A stretch of 59,831 bases of DNA, filler included. It is 5 parts of 5 records of this genome, joined end to end, with 100 filler letters (N's around TTAATTAATTAA, not from the genome) between each part and the next. Parts side by side here need not be neighbours in the genome. Positions count along the whole stretch, not along the records: positions 48,199 to 53,235 come from SRR31156797_1184; positions 53,336 to 59,831 come from SRR31156797_1187; 3 more parts are not named here. One strand, 5' to 3'. The notes beneath the pieces were generated by a model. It saw nothing but the letters and a program-made list of their open reading frames with translations, was not told where the DNA came from and made no database searches. Of this stretch, positions 50,173 to 59,166 are shown piece by piece. Position 1 is the first letter of the stretch; every line of letters begins with the position of its first letter. The translations under genes and the position numbers were made by a program.

Positions 50173-50995
50173 AATATGGTCACTTGCTGAACATGGATTG
50201 TTTGAGGAATCTATCTACAGTCCCATCTTTCTTATAACGGAAATAGATGATGCAAAAATATCCGGTTATCCCGTCTTTTTCGGTGATAGCATGGCCGGCA
50301 ACAATGATGTTAAAATAAGTCTAAGTAATGATAGTTACAAAAATGTCTGGATAGATTCCACGTTTCTAACGATACATGTCTCTTCCTGTCTTAAAAAGCT
50401 ATCAGATGTAGATGACAGGGCCTTGAGTGACATTATCGGTGCTCAAAACGGCTCTGAAAGTGTTAAAAGGGGTAGAGTTTGTCTTGAGGTTGGCGATCCA
50501 CTTGCTGATATTAAGGCTCAAATGAAAGACTTTTTCCTAAATTATAGTGAAATAAGTTTTAGCAGGCATTTTGAATCGATCCCTGATATCATTAAAAAAG
50601 GTATAAAGTCTCTTCTTACCTTTGATGTGGCTGACCTTGTTACGCAACAGGCATCTGGTGGAAATAGAGTTGAAAGTAGAGTTGTTGAAAAGAACAGCAT
50701 CGAAATAAACTATTCTCTTGAAAGACGTATAGATCAGGATGGAGACCTTGTCATCTCTATCAACGGTAGGGCCAATATAAAAAGTGATGGAGATTTCAGG
50801 ATATGGCTTGTTCTTTCTAAAGATGATGCTGAACTTTTCAGAAAAGAGATAAGCATTGATAGTGAACATTTTGAGGAATATTACTACCGTGAGGAACTTG
50901 TGGCCAATGCGCTTGATCCAGAAATTGTAATGGAGCAGCTTGAAAAAGGTGATCTAAAGTGTTATCTGATCATTGATTCCGGAATTGAGGGGTGA
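50159..50995 (+). CDS. Hypothetical two-domain protein, putative anti-sigma factor / protease substrate
   Basis: ATG at 50159 with GGAGG RBS overlapping the upstream gene; N-terminal EIWSL..PIFLIT..SGYPV..AGNNDV (PemK/MazF-like pattern), QQASGG linker, acidic beta-rich C-terminus. Confidence 0.5.
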   Translation: MKVYEIWSLAEHGLFEESIYSPIFLITEIDDAKISGYPVFFGDSMAGNNDVKISLSNDSYKNVWIDSTFLTIHVSSCLKKLSDVDDRALSDIIGAQNGSESVKRGRVCLEVGDPLADIKAQMKDFFLNYSEISFSRHFESIPDIIKKGIKSLLTFDVADLVTQQASGGNRVESRVVEKNSIEINYSLERRIDQDGDLVISINGRANIKSDGDFRIWLVLSKDDAELFRKEISIDSEHFEEYYYREELVANALDPEIVMEQLEKGDLKCYLIIDSGIEG

Positions 50996-50999
50996 GGTA

Positions 51000-53235
51000 G
51001 TGAAAGATAAAAAGATATTTTTTCCTATTATCAGAAATAAAACGGTTTTTTCACATCCTGTCAGATCAGAGCTGGAAAATCCCAAAGAAGAATGGTATTT
51101 GCCGATCAGAAAGAAGATAAATGAACTTTCCTATAAAAAAACGCTCTTAAATTTCCTGCCGACCGATATTCGAATGGGAGGTTATGCTTTTCCGCAAAAG
51201 AGTGGCGATATTCCTACTAGAGATTTTGGGGAGAGTTGGACTCTTGCAGGCTTGATGGATCTTCTATGTCAGGGAATGCATCCAAGCCCCTGGCTTCCTG
51301 AAAATGTTCTTGCAACTGGCCAGATAAGGGTTGAGCTTGGAAAGGTTTATGTCGGTAGAGTTGACAGTTTTCAGGATAAATTTGAACATTTTTTAAAGGA
51401 CGGAAGATTTTCGATATTCATAGTTCCCTCAGAAAACCTGGCAGATGTCGGAAAGGCTCGAACAGGTGTAATGTTTCTAAACCTTAATGAACTTAAGAAC
51501 AGCAGGCGGAAGATAAGAAAGATAAATGAAAAAGTAGTTATTTCCGTTGGGTCTTCACCGGAAGAACTAGAGCTTCTAATTTCACTTTTCTTTAGTTACG
51601 GAAAGAAGAGTGAAAAATGGGAAATGCCGAAGATTTTTACGCCACTTCGAGTAGTTATACTTTCCCTGTTAATTTTGATCGGTTTTACTGCCGGTGGTGT
51701 TTTTTCTGTGCCGTTACCTGAATATAATCTTGAAAGAAAACAAAGCACTGTAGTTTATGATGCACATGGTGATATATTAAGAGTTTTCAGGAGCGAATAT
51801 GGTCAATTTATTATGCCATACCGCTCCAATGAAGACATTCCTGAAAAGTTGAAAAGATCAGTTCTCTTTTTTGAGGACAGACAGTTCTATAATCACTTTG
51901 GTGTAAATCCTTTTTCTGTTTTGCGTGCACTTTATCAGAATATCTCAAAGGGTCGTAAGTTTAGCGGTGCAAGTACTATTACGATGCAGTTAGCGCGTCT
52001 CATGAAGGAAAAGGACAGGTCTTTTTCTAATAAGATACTGGAAACTTTTCAAGCTCTCAAACTTGAAACAAAATACGATAAGGAAGACATTTTAAGAAAG
52101 TATCTCACTTTCTGTCCTTATGGCGGAAATATCTATGGATACAGAACAGCTTCGCTTAGGTATTTTAGAAAAGAACCTGATCAGCTTAGTTGGGCGGAAT
52201 CAGCGCTGCTTGCAATTCTTCCAAATGCACCCGGACTTATGCATCCGGAAAAGAATAGAGATAATCTTATAAAGAAAAGAGATAGGCTTTTAAAAAGGCT
52301 TTTTGAAGCCAGCATCATGGATAAAGATGCATTTGACCAGGCGGTCTCAGAAAAAGTTCCACGTATAGCTTGGCCTTTTGATACAGGAGCCTGGCATGCA
52401 ACAAGATACCTTCGTTTAAAAACAAAGAAACGTTCAATTGTTACAAGTATTTTGAAGTCTTCTCAGAATAAAACGGAAAAACTTTTAAAGAGCTCTGATG
52501 CGAAGATAAGCTTAACCAACGTAGCTGCTGTAGCAGTTGAGAATAAAACAGGAGAAGTGAGGATCTGGGTCGGTTCACAGGATTTCTTTAACGACTATAT
52601 TAACGGTCAGGTGGACGGCACGCTTGCAAGAAGACCGGCAGCTGGAATGCTTCAGCCTTTTCTTTATTCTCTTGCAATTGATAAAGGATTGCTTTCTCCG
52701 GAATCTAAGATCCTTGATGTTTCTCAAAAATATAAGAACTACAGTCCGACAAATAGAGATGGAAAATTTCTGGGAAAGGTTCTTGCAACAACAGCGCTTT
52801 CAAAACAAAGGACAGTTCCGGCTGTAAGGTTGTTAGATGTTGTCGGGGTTGAGGAGTTTTTCACCTTCTTAAAAGTTGCAGGACTTAGAACTCTCAATTA
52901 TCCTCCGCAGTGGTATAGCTACTCACTAGTTTCAGGTGGTACTGACGTAAGATTGATTGATCTAGCGAAGCTTTATAGCGGACTTGCAAGATACGGAAAG
53001 TTCTCAACGCTGAGTCTTGAAGGAAAAAGAAAACAACTGCCAACAGATGCTAAACAGCTTATTTCTGCTGAATCATCATGGAAGGTGCTTGAAAAGATGA
53101 TGTCACACGTTGAGATAGAAGGACAAAAGGCAGTTGTAAGTAGAACTTGCACAAGAACAAATAAAGATTGCTGGGTTGTAGCTATGACTCCACGCTGGAC
53201 AGTTGCGTACTGGGGAGGAGATCTAAATGGTAGTA
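51000..53235 (+). CDS. Fusion protein: Lon(S16)-like protease domain + TM + PBP1C-like transglycosylase and degenerate transpeptidase (3' truncated)
   Basis: GESWTLA...ATGQI...VGRVDSFQDK...FIVPSEN; hydrophobic helix; EDRQFYNHFGVN, GASTITMQLAR, PYGGNIYG, GQVDG; likely GTG start at 51000. Confidence 0.8.
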
Positions 53236-53335
53236 NNNNNNNNNNNNNNNNNNNNNNNNNNNNNNNNNNNNNNNNNNNNTTAATTAATTAANNNNNNNNN
53301 NNNNNNNNNNNNNNNNNNNNNNNNNNNNNNNNNNN
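53236..53335. other. Artificial contig linker
   Basis: N run - TTAATTAATTAA - N run. Confidence 0.98.
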
Positions 53336-53445
53336 CCTTTAAAATTACTCAGTATATTTGATATATTTTGTATTTTCAAATGATCTCCGCTAGCATTCAA
53401 ATCAATATTCATATTATCTCTTACTGTTATTTCAATTAAAATCAC
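53336..53445 (-). CDS. Probable baseplate wedge protein (gpW/gp25-like), 5' fragment
   Basis: Manual translation (M)ILIEITVRDNMNIDLNASGDHLKIQNISNILSNFK, open to contig edge; expected position after gpU. Confidence 0.5.
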
Positions 53446-53585
53446 CCCTTTTTATTATGAATTCCATAAATCTTAGTTTACTTCGATTTAAATCACAGAC
53501 GCTTTAACTGTTATTTTAATTGAAGTAAGCTTTAGATTTATTAATGAATAATAAATCTACATATTGATCTTTAAGCTCATTAACC

Positions 53586-54050
53586 TTAACGATGAACTAA
53601 ATTTATACTGTTATCATCTATATACTCTTTTAGATTAAGTTGAAGTTCTAATATATCAACCTTTTCTGTATTCATCACTCTAAAGGTCTCTTGCGAATCT
53701 GTTATTACAAATCTGCCTGAGTTTACGAAAGAACTCCCGATAATAAATTCAAGCACTTCACCTTTTAGAATATATTCATTTATCTTCTGACTGAGAACCA
53801 AAGGTTCTTGATTCATAAGTCCTCTAATCAGTTTCATTCTGAAACTTATCTCTCGTCCTTTTGGATTGGAGAATTCAAGGCGCGGATATGAATTTTGTGC
53901 TTTCTGTTCAGCATAATCAGCACTTGTTTTTCTTGTTAGATTATTATAAGTAAGAATATTTTTAGTACTCGTTTCAAATATTATATCTCCCAGTTTTCCT
54001 AATTTCCCTACTTTATCTGTTTTCCCACTTCTTTCAAGTTGTCCCATCAT
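53586..54050 (-). CDS. Phage tail protein, P2 GpU-like
   Basis: GKLGDIIFE..ILTYNNL.R...YAE....PRLEF, LNLKEY; gene order. Confidence 0.8.
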   Translation of the reverse strand: MMGQLERSGKTDKVGKLGKLGDIIFETSTKNILTYNNLTRKTSADYAEQKAQNSYPRLEFSNPKGREISFRMKLIRGLMNQEPLVLSQKINEYILKGEVLEFIIGSSFVNSGRFVITDSQETFRVMNTEKVDILELQLNLKEYIDDNSINLVHR

Positions 54051-54058
54051 TCTCCTTT

Positions 54059-54712
54059 CTATCCAGTTGGTGGTGTTGTTACTTTTGTTGCCGGCCCTCC
54101 ACAGAATGCATCAACATACTGATGAGCATGTTCATTTTGTGAAGCAACTGCTGGTGTTTTTAAGTCCGTATCTGTTTTTATTAATCCGCCAACATCTAGA
54201 GTTCCTGACATAATCGTATTTCCAGTTATTGTTAAAGTTGGCGTTATTATGTCAGCATTTGTTCTTGCATTTAATTCAAAAGTTTCACATTCAAAATTTA
54301 ACTTTTCTGCCGCTTCTACTCTTATATTTGTCGCACTAATCTCTATATCCCCAACACTATGCAGTTTAAACAATTTATTTTTTCTATCATAAGAGACTTC
54401 AGTTCCATCTTCAAATTTAAATGCTTTCATGTTATTCTCAGCAAAATTTCCCGGCACATTTGTAACAGTATAGATACTGCCTATCACAAAACCTGTATTT
54501 CTAGCAATTGGAAGGAATAAGCACAGTACCTGCTCATCAATGGTGAACATATCATAGTCCGTATCTTTTTCTGTTCTTCGCATGATAACTTGTAGTTCAG
54601 CAGATTGTATCCCTGACAAATCATCAAATTGAACTCGGACTGTTGCCCGCTCTGGATAAATTGTCTTAACTCTTCCTATCCTGATTATTTTACTTAATAA
54701 TTTATTTATCAT
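54059..54712 (-). CDS. Baseplate spike protein, P2 gpV-like
   Basis: IIRIGRV..ATVRVQF OB-fold, EQVLCLF..GFVIGSIY, FEDGTEVSYD, C-terminal HAH motif. Confidence 0.88.
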   Translation of the reverse strand: MINKLLSKIIRIGRVKTIYPERATVRVQFDDLSGIQSAELQVIMRRTEKDTDYDMFTIDEQVLCLFLPIARNTGFVIGSIYTVTNVPGNFAENNMKAFKFEDGTEVSYDRKNKLFKLHSVGDIEISATNIRVEAAEKLNFECETFELNARTNADIITPTLTITGNTIMSGTLDVGGLIKTDTDLKTPAVASQNEHAHQYVDAFCGGPATKVTTPPTG

Positions 54713-54713
54713 A

Positions 54714-55748
54714 TCAGTACCTCAGTACTTTCCTTAATTTCAACGAGCAGTTATAACTTCTTCCACCTGAATGAACTACCTGCTCAATTATGTATCTCCC
54801 ATCATATTTTCCAAAGTTCACTATATCGCAGGTTAATCCCGCCTGATATTTTGGATCACCGATAAGTTCAAGTGTTCCGCTTGTTTCCAGTTTATTCTTC
54901 TCACGTAATCTCTTTTGAGCTCTCTTATTTAGATACTGTATCTTCTCACTCACTGATGTTCCCGGAACGCTTGCAGATTCATTTAGTCTAATAACCCTTG
55001 GTTTTTTTGATTTATAGTACTCTCGTTTCGGTGCTGTAAATGATCCTTCGTATGTTTTTCCCCACATACCTTTTGTGTAGGTAATTACACATTTGTCATA
55101 TGTATCAACATCTTCAGAGCTAAACGAATAACTTTTTACTCCTTTTATTCTGTCGAAAACGAAAGTTGGTTCTCGCATTTCATATGTTTCCTCTTCAAAG
55201 AAAACAAAACTGCTATTTATCATTTTCAACTGAATTCCATTTTGATTAGCCAATCTGGACAGGAGTTTCAAGTCACTCTCCTCTATTTGCTCTACTCTGT
55301 CAAACTTAATCTCTTCAGCATCATATAGCAGTTCCAATCCACTAGCACTGGCTTTCTCTTTTGCTATCTGCTCCAGAGTTATGTTTTCCCAAGTCATATT
55401 TTTCTTTTCATCTTTAATATTCTTATTTATATCAATACTTACTGCCGAGACTTCGGTAACAGCAGGAGGGCCGGAAAATCTATCAGAATCAACTGTAAAT
55501 GTTCCGCAGCTTAGCATCCTGTTGTCACCGGAATAATCCCAATCAGAAGTCATAATATCTGCTTCGAGTTTTTCTCCCTTTAGGAAGTGCCACTCATTTA
55601 TAAATTTATCACCTCGAAGGGTCAATGACAGATCATCTAGTTTATCCAAATTATCAGTATATCTCCAGCTAAGTACGTATGCGCTCAGATCATTTGTTAT
55701 ATCTGTTCCTTCTGCCTTTACTTTTAGCTTTACTTGTCTCGCTAACAT
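54714..55748 (-). CDS. Baseplate hub / late control protein, P2 GpD-like
   Basis: GTDIT.DL, YTDN...DDLSL, WENITL, QIEESDLKLL, FGKYDGRYIIEQVVH. Confidence 0.88.
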   Translation of the reverse strand: MLARQVKLKVKAEGTDITNDLSAYVLSWRYTDNLDKLDDLSLTLRGDKFINEWHFLKGEKLEADIMTSDWDYSGDNRMLSCGTFTVDSDRFSGPPAVTEVSAVSIDINKNIKDEKKNMTWENITLEQIAKEKASASGLELLYDAEEIKFDRVEQIEESDLKLLSRLANQNGIQLKMINSSFVFFEEETYEMREPTFVFDRIKGVKSYSFSSEDVDTYDKCVITYTKGMWGKTYEGSFTAPKREYYKSKKPRVIRLNESASVPGTSVSEKIQYLNKRAQKRLREKNKLETSGTLELIGDPKYQAGLTCDIVNFGKYDGRYIIEQVVHSGGRSYNCSLKLRKVLRY

Positions 55749-55751
55749 AGA

Positions 55752-55952
55752 TTACCTCCAAGGTGTTGTCTTATCATTAGATTTTGCTGATATCTCAGGA
55801 CATTTTATCTCTATTCCTCCCGAAAATATCGCAACATCCGTATATTGTTTATTCGCTTGCATCAGCTCATCTATATGAAACTCACTGCCATATATTTTAT
55901 AGGAAATAAGATCCCAAGTATCTCCAGTGATGGTAGTATATATATCATACAT
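55752..55952 (-). CDS. Tail protein X (P2 GpX, LysM-like)
   Basis: YTTITGDTWDLISYKIYGSE...LMQAN...IFSGG...PWR. Confidence 0.9.
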   Translation of the reverse strand: MYDIYTTITGDTWDLISYKIYGSEFHIDELMQANKQYTDVAIFSGGIEIKCPEISAKSNDKTTPWR

Positions 55953-58089
55953 AACTCAACCTCTTCTCTTTTACTGCTATTCTTTTCGAAAGTTCTTCCA
56001 GTTTTCGCATTAACTCGTCTGCTCCTTGTTCCACGGCTTCTTTTATCTCCTGAGAATTTTTTCCTGTTACGTTTATTTCCAGATTCTGTATCACTATACT
56101 TCCCTCAGAATTATTTGCAACAGTGTTTTTATTAGTATTAATCTCTCTATTTTCAGAGTTAGCCAGTGAAGTTCCGGCTTTTTCAAGCAAGCTTTGCTCC
56201 TTTGTATCAGAGAATTTTGAACTATTTTCACTTATACTATTTGAAGAGCTCTTTTGTGCAATTTGGACATTTTCTCTAGTATTTAAAGTTGAACTCGAAT
56301 ATTTGTTATAGTTACTCTCTCTAAGCTGCGCTTCTCTTCTTTTCTTTTTCTTTCTAGTTTTTTTCTCTGTTTTCTCAGAACTAATCTCAGCTTTCAGCTC
56401 TTTTTTACTTTTTTTACCATTTAGTTTCTGCCAAATTTTATATACTTTCCCCAAACCCTTTAATACCAGTCCAATCGGATTAGTTAAATTCGCAAGAGTC
56501 GCCGCGACAGTTTTTATTGGATTTTTCATAAGTACTTTCCAAAATCCTTTGATAGAATGCCACACTTTATGAACTATCGCTCTGAACTTTTCAGATTTTT
56601 TATATGCAATTATCAAGCCCGCTCCCAGAGCCGTTATTCCGATTACAGCCAATGCAATAGGGTTCGCAGACATCACTGCATTTAGTGCAAATTGTGCACC
56701 GGTTGCAAGTTTTGTTGCGAAGGCTTGTGCTTTCAGTGCGAAAAGTTTTGCTTTCAAAACTACTGTTTCCTGAATCGTGCTAATAGTACTTTTTATAGTA
56801 AGTATCATTGACTGGTATTTTGTAATATACTGTACTTGCTCCACTCCTGTGTTTGCAGCTGTTGCAGCGGTATCTGCTCCTACAGCGACAGTTTTAGATG
56901 TGAAGAAGCTGATTACGTTTATTCCCCTTTTTATTACATCTCCATACAGAACTTTCGCTTCACCGATCACTTTATTTGCCTGAATTACTCCAGCACCAAG
57001 ATATACTGCTGCTTTAGTTGTTTTAGGATATTTTTCAGTTAATTCTGTCAGTTTATTTGATAATGCTCCTGTTAATTTAACTGATGTTTCTACTATTTTC
57101 TCATTTACTTTGTTTGAAATAGCTGTCATCTGCTGATTTATTGCGTCAGTTGCTTTTTTATATTCAGCTTGGAATTCCGAATTAAACTCATTGTATTTAT
57201 TAACCACAGGTAGCAATTGACTAATAAACTGTGTTTTCATCTCCTGACCGGAGTTTTGAAATACTTTAGCCGCATCAGTATTCATCAAAACAGAATAAAT
57301 CGTTTTTTTCTCCTCTTTTGATTCAGCAGAACTTACTTCACTAGAGTTTTCCTTTTTCTCCGTTAATTTCTTATCTTGCTGTTTAGAGTTTAATGTATTA
57401 GTTTGGCTGGATTTTTTCTCATTCGAAGTTTCAGTATTATTTACCAGTACTCCTGCTTGTCCTTGCTGAGCAATTTCAACCTCTTTTTTTAGCCATTCTA
57501 CCGGTTTTTTCCACTTCTCTTGTTGGGTTTTTCCGGATTTTTGCATTTTATCAGCATGTTTCCAGAGTTTTGCGAGTTTAGTATTATCTTTTGTAAATTG
57601 AGGTTTGTCATTATTTTTCCCTGAAAAAGAATCTTTTAAATTTCCAAAATCTGCATTAACTTTCGTTATATTTTGGTTTATCAATTCTTTTTTCTCATTT
57701 AATTCCTGAGTTAATTTTATCTCTTTGATTTTTATAGCTCTTTGTCTCACTTTATTAAGGTGCAAAGATTGCTGATTTATTTTTTTTAGTTCTTTAAACT
57801 CTTTAATAACTAAAGTGCTCAGTTTTTTAGTAGTAGTTTCTTTCTTATCAACACTTTTTTGATTATTATTATCCTTATCTTTATTCTCTTTTTGGCTATC
57901 TTCAGCTATCACATTGTCAATTAATGATTTACTCCAAATTTTATCAATAGCAGATGTTTCTTTGTTTGCTTTTATTACTTGATTAAATAAAACTTTATTG
58001 ATCTCTTTCAATAATTGTTTATTTGTTTTTGCTGTTTCTTTCGCCAGTTTTGCCATTTCTAACTCAATTTCTTTAACTATTTTTATCAC
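55945..58089 (-). CDS. Tail tape measure protein (short, atypical N-terminus)
   Basis: Position after chaperone; AQFALNAVMSANPIALAVIGITALGAGLIIAYKKSEKFR motif; helical low-complexity sequence. Confidence 0.75.
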   Translation of the reverse strand: MIKIVKEIELEMAKLAKETAKTNKQLLKEINKVLFNQVIKANKETSAIDKIWSKSLIDNVIAEDSQKENKDKDNNNQKSVDKKETTTKKLSTLVIKEFKELKKINQQSLHLNKVRQRAIKIKEIKLTQELNEKKELINQNITKVNADFGNLKDSFSGKNNDKPQFTKDNTKLAKLWKHADKMQKSGKTQQEKWKKPVEWLKKEVEIAQQGQAGVLVNNTETSNEKKSSQTNTLNSKQQDKKLTEKKENSSEVSSAESKEEKKTIYSVLMNTDAAKVFQNSGQEMKTQFISQLLPVVNKYNEFNSEFQAEYKKATDAINQQMTAISNKVNEKIVETSVKLTGALSNKLTELTEKYPKTTKAAVYLGAGVIQANKVIGEAKVLYGDVIKRGINVISFFTSKTVAVGADTAATAANTGVEQVQYITKYQSMILTIKSTISTIQETVVLKAKLFALKAQAFATKLATGAQFALNAVMSANPIALAVIGITALGAGLIIAYKKSEKFRAIVHKVWHSIKGFWKVLMKNPIKTVAATLANLTNPIGLVLKGLGKVYKIWQKLNGKKSKKELKAEISSEKTEKKTRKKKKRREAQLRESNYNKYSSSTLNTRENVQIAQKSSSNSISENSSKFSDTKEQSLLEKAGTSLANSENREINTNKNTVANNSEGSIVIQNLEINVTGKNSQEIKEAVEQGADELMRKLEELSKRIAVKEKRLSYV

Positions 58090-58158
58090 CCCCTATAAAA
58101 AAAGCTTTCTGAGTCATAAAAAATATTTAAATCTATACTGTCAAAACACTTATCACAA

Positions 58159-58317
58159 CTATTCTAATTCAAACCAGAAATGGAATAAATTTATCAGTTT
58201 TTCGTTTAGTAAAAACTCCAAACTAATTTTATTAGCTTCTGAATACTTGATTAAATATGAGATTATTTTGCTTATATCAGTCGGGTTTGACCCCAGACCG
58301 ATTAAAGCATTAAACCC
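58159..58317 (-). CDS. -1 frameshift extension of the tail assembly chaperone (gpGT/gpE' equivalent)
   Basis: 52 open codons in the -1 frame from the slippery site: GFNALIGLGSNPTDISKIISYLIKYSEANKISLEFLLNEKLINLFHFWFELE*; no ATG in this frame. Confidence 0.7.
   Translation of the reverse strand, partial: GFNALIGLGSNPTDISKIISYLIKYSEANKISLEFLLNEKLINLFHFWFELE
58276..58317 (-). promoter_or_regulatory. Programmed -1 ribosomal frameshift signal
   Basis: G GGT TTA heptamer (58317-58311) in correct phase, 8-nt spacer, hairpin ATCGGTC-T-GGG-GTCAAA-CCC-GACTGAT (58302-58276). Confidence 0.7.
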
Positions 58318-58589
58318 GATATTTCATTTATTACTTTTCTAAAATCAAGGAAGTTTAAACTTTCCACAACTTCAGTTTCCACTCCCGCTGCTTTGGCAGC
58401 AACTCTTGCCAGATACGCTTCGTCAATATACATACTAGATGTCAGTGGGATTCCCGCAAGTTTCATATCAGTTTGAATCTCAATAAGGTCTCTACCCTTA
58501 ATTCTGTTGACATCAAATGTAAGCTCTTTATACTCTTTATCTTCCCATTTAACCGGAGTTGATAGTGCTACAATCTGCTTCTTATTCAT
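58302..58589 (-). CDS. Tail assembly chaperone (Mu gp41 / P2 gpE-like)
   Basis: LSTPV..E.KEYKELTFD...KGRDL, VAAKAAGV, DF; lies between tube and tape measure. Confidence 0.85.
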   Translation of the reverse strand: MNKKQIVALSTPVKWEDKEYKELTFDVNRIKGRDLIEIQTDMKLAGIPLTSSMYIDEAYLARVAAKAAGVETEVVESLNFLDFRKVINEISGLML

Positions 58590-59126
58590 CTACACCTCTC
58601 CTAACTGACTTTTCACTTCTGCTAAATAGTTCTCACCGTCTAATTTATAAATAAAGTTGTATTGATCTATCTCTAGTTTTTCTTCTCCGTCTAAAGTTAC
58701 TTTTAAATAATGGACAGTCATCTCAGTTGAACTTCCCATTGCTTTCCCAACTTCCATTTTCCCCAATTCAGTAGCTTTTACTACACCTTTGACTCTTACA
58801 ACTACCGGAATAAATACTTTTTTTCCTGTCCCGGTATCTGTAGATTGAATTGAACCTCTAAAAGTTAAGCTAACTCCGTTTGGATTCATCATAGAAAAGC
58901 TTTTATGTGTTGTAGTTCTAAAGTTAAGTTTTGCTGACATAGCTTTTAAGTGTCCAACAATAGTTGTTTCTACTTCCCCTGCTAGTCCCGCTCCCTGAAT
59001 AGTCTCAGTCATTGGTTCAATTTTAGGCAGCTCAACATCAACTGTCCCCAATAATTTATCTGTTTCTTCATCATAACATCTATAATTTAACAACACCTCA
59101 GGCATTGTTGTATCTTTTGTTGCCAT
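58590..59126 (-). CDS. Major tail tube protein (P2 FII-like)
   Basis: VELPKI....ETIQGAGLAGE, YLKVTLDGEEKLEID..NFIY. Confidence 0.9.
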   Translation of the reverse strand: MATKDTTMPEVLLNYRCYDEETDKLLGTVDVELPKIEPMTETIQGAGLAGEVETTIVGHLKAMSAKLNFRTTTHKSFSMMNPNGVSLTFRGSIQSTDTGTGKKVFIPVVVRVKGVVKATELGKMEVGKAMGSSTEMTVHYLKVTLDGEEKLEIDQYNFIYKLDGENYLAEVKSQLGEV

Positions 59127-59166
59127 TCTTTTCCTCCTCTAGGTTAATTGATTTTTTTATATTTAA

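Noticed and set aside
50159-50995. Stand-alone MazF toxin of a toxin-antitoxin pair
   Set aside because: Too long, the RP catalytic motif is not evident, and there is no small antitoxin gene upstream; an anti-sigma role fits the context better.
50973-53291. Annotation as an ordinary pbpC and the 772-aa length
   Set aside because: The ORF-track end runs into the N linker. The protein has an extra Lon-like N-terminal domain and no transpeptidase catalytic motifs, and no alpha-2-macroglobulin gene (the usual pbpC partner) precedes it.
26828-53335. Four identical TTAATTAATTAA motifs within N runs, and apparent gene neighbourhoods across them
   Set aside because: Artificial six-frame-stop linkers between contigs. 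Composition and gene content change at each one, so adjacency (e.g. PBP fusion next to phage tail) has no biological meaning.
53557-53580. Short ATG ORF right after gpU (MSLKINM*)
   Set aside because: Only 7 codons and followed by further stops; no evidence for a gene.
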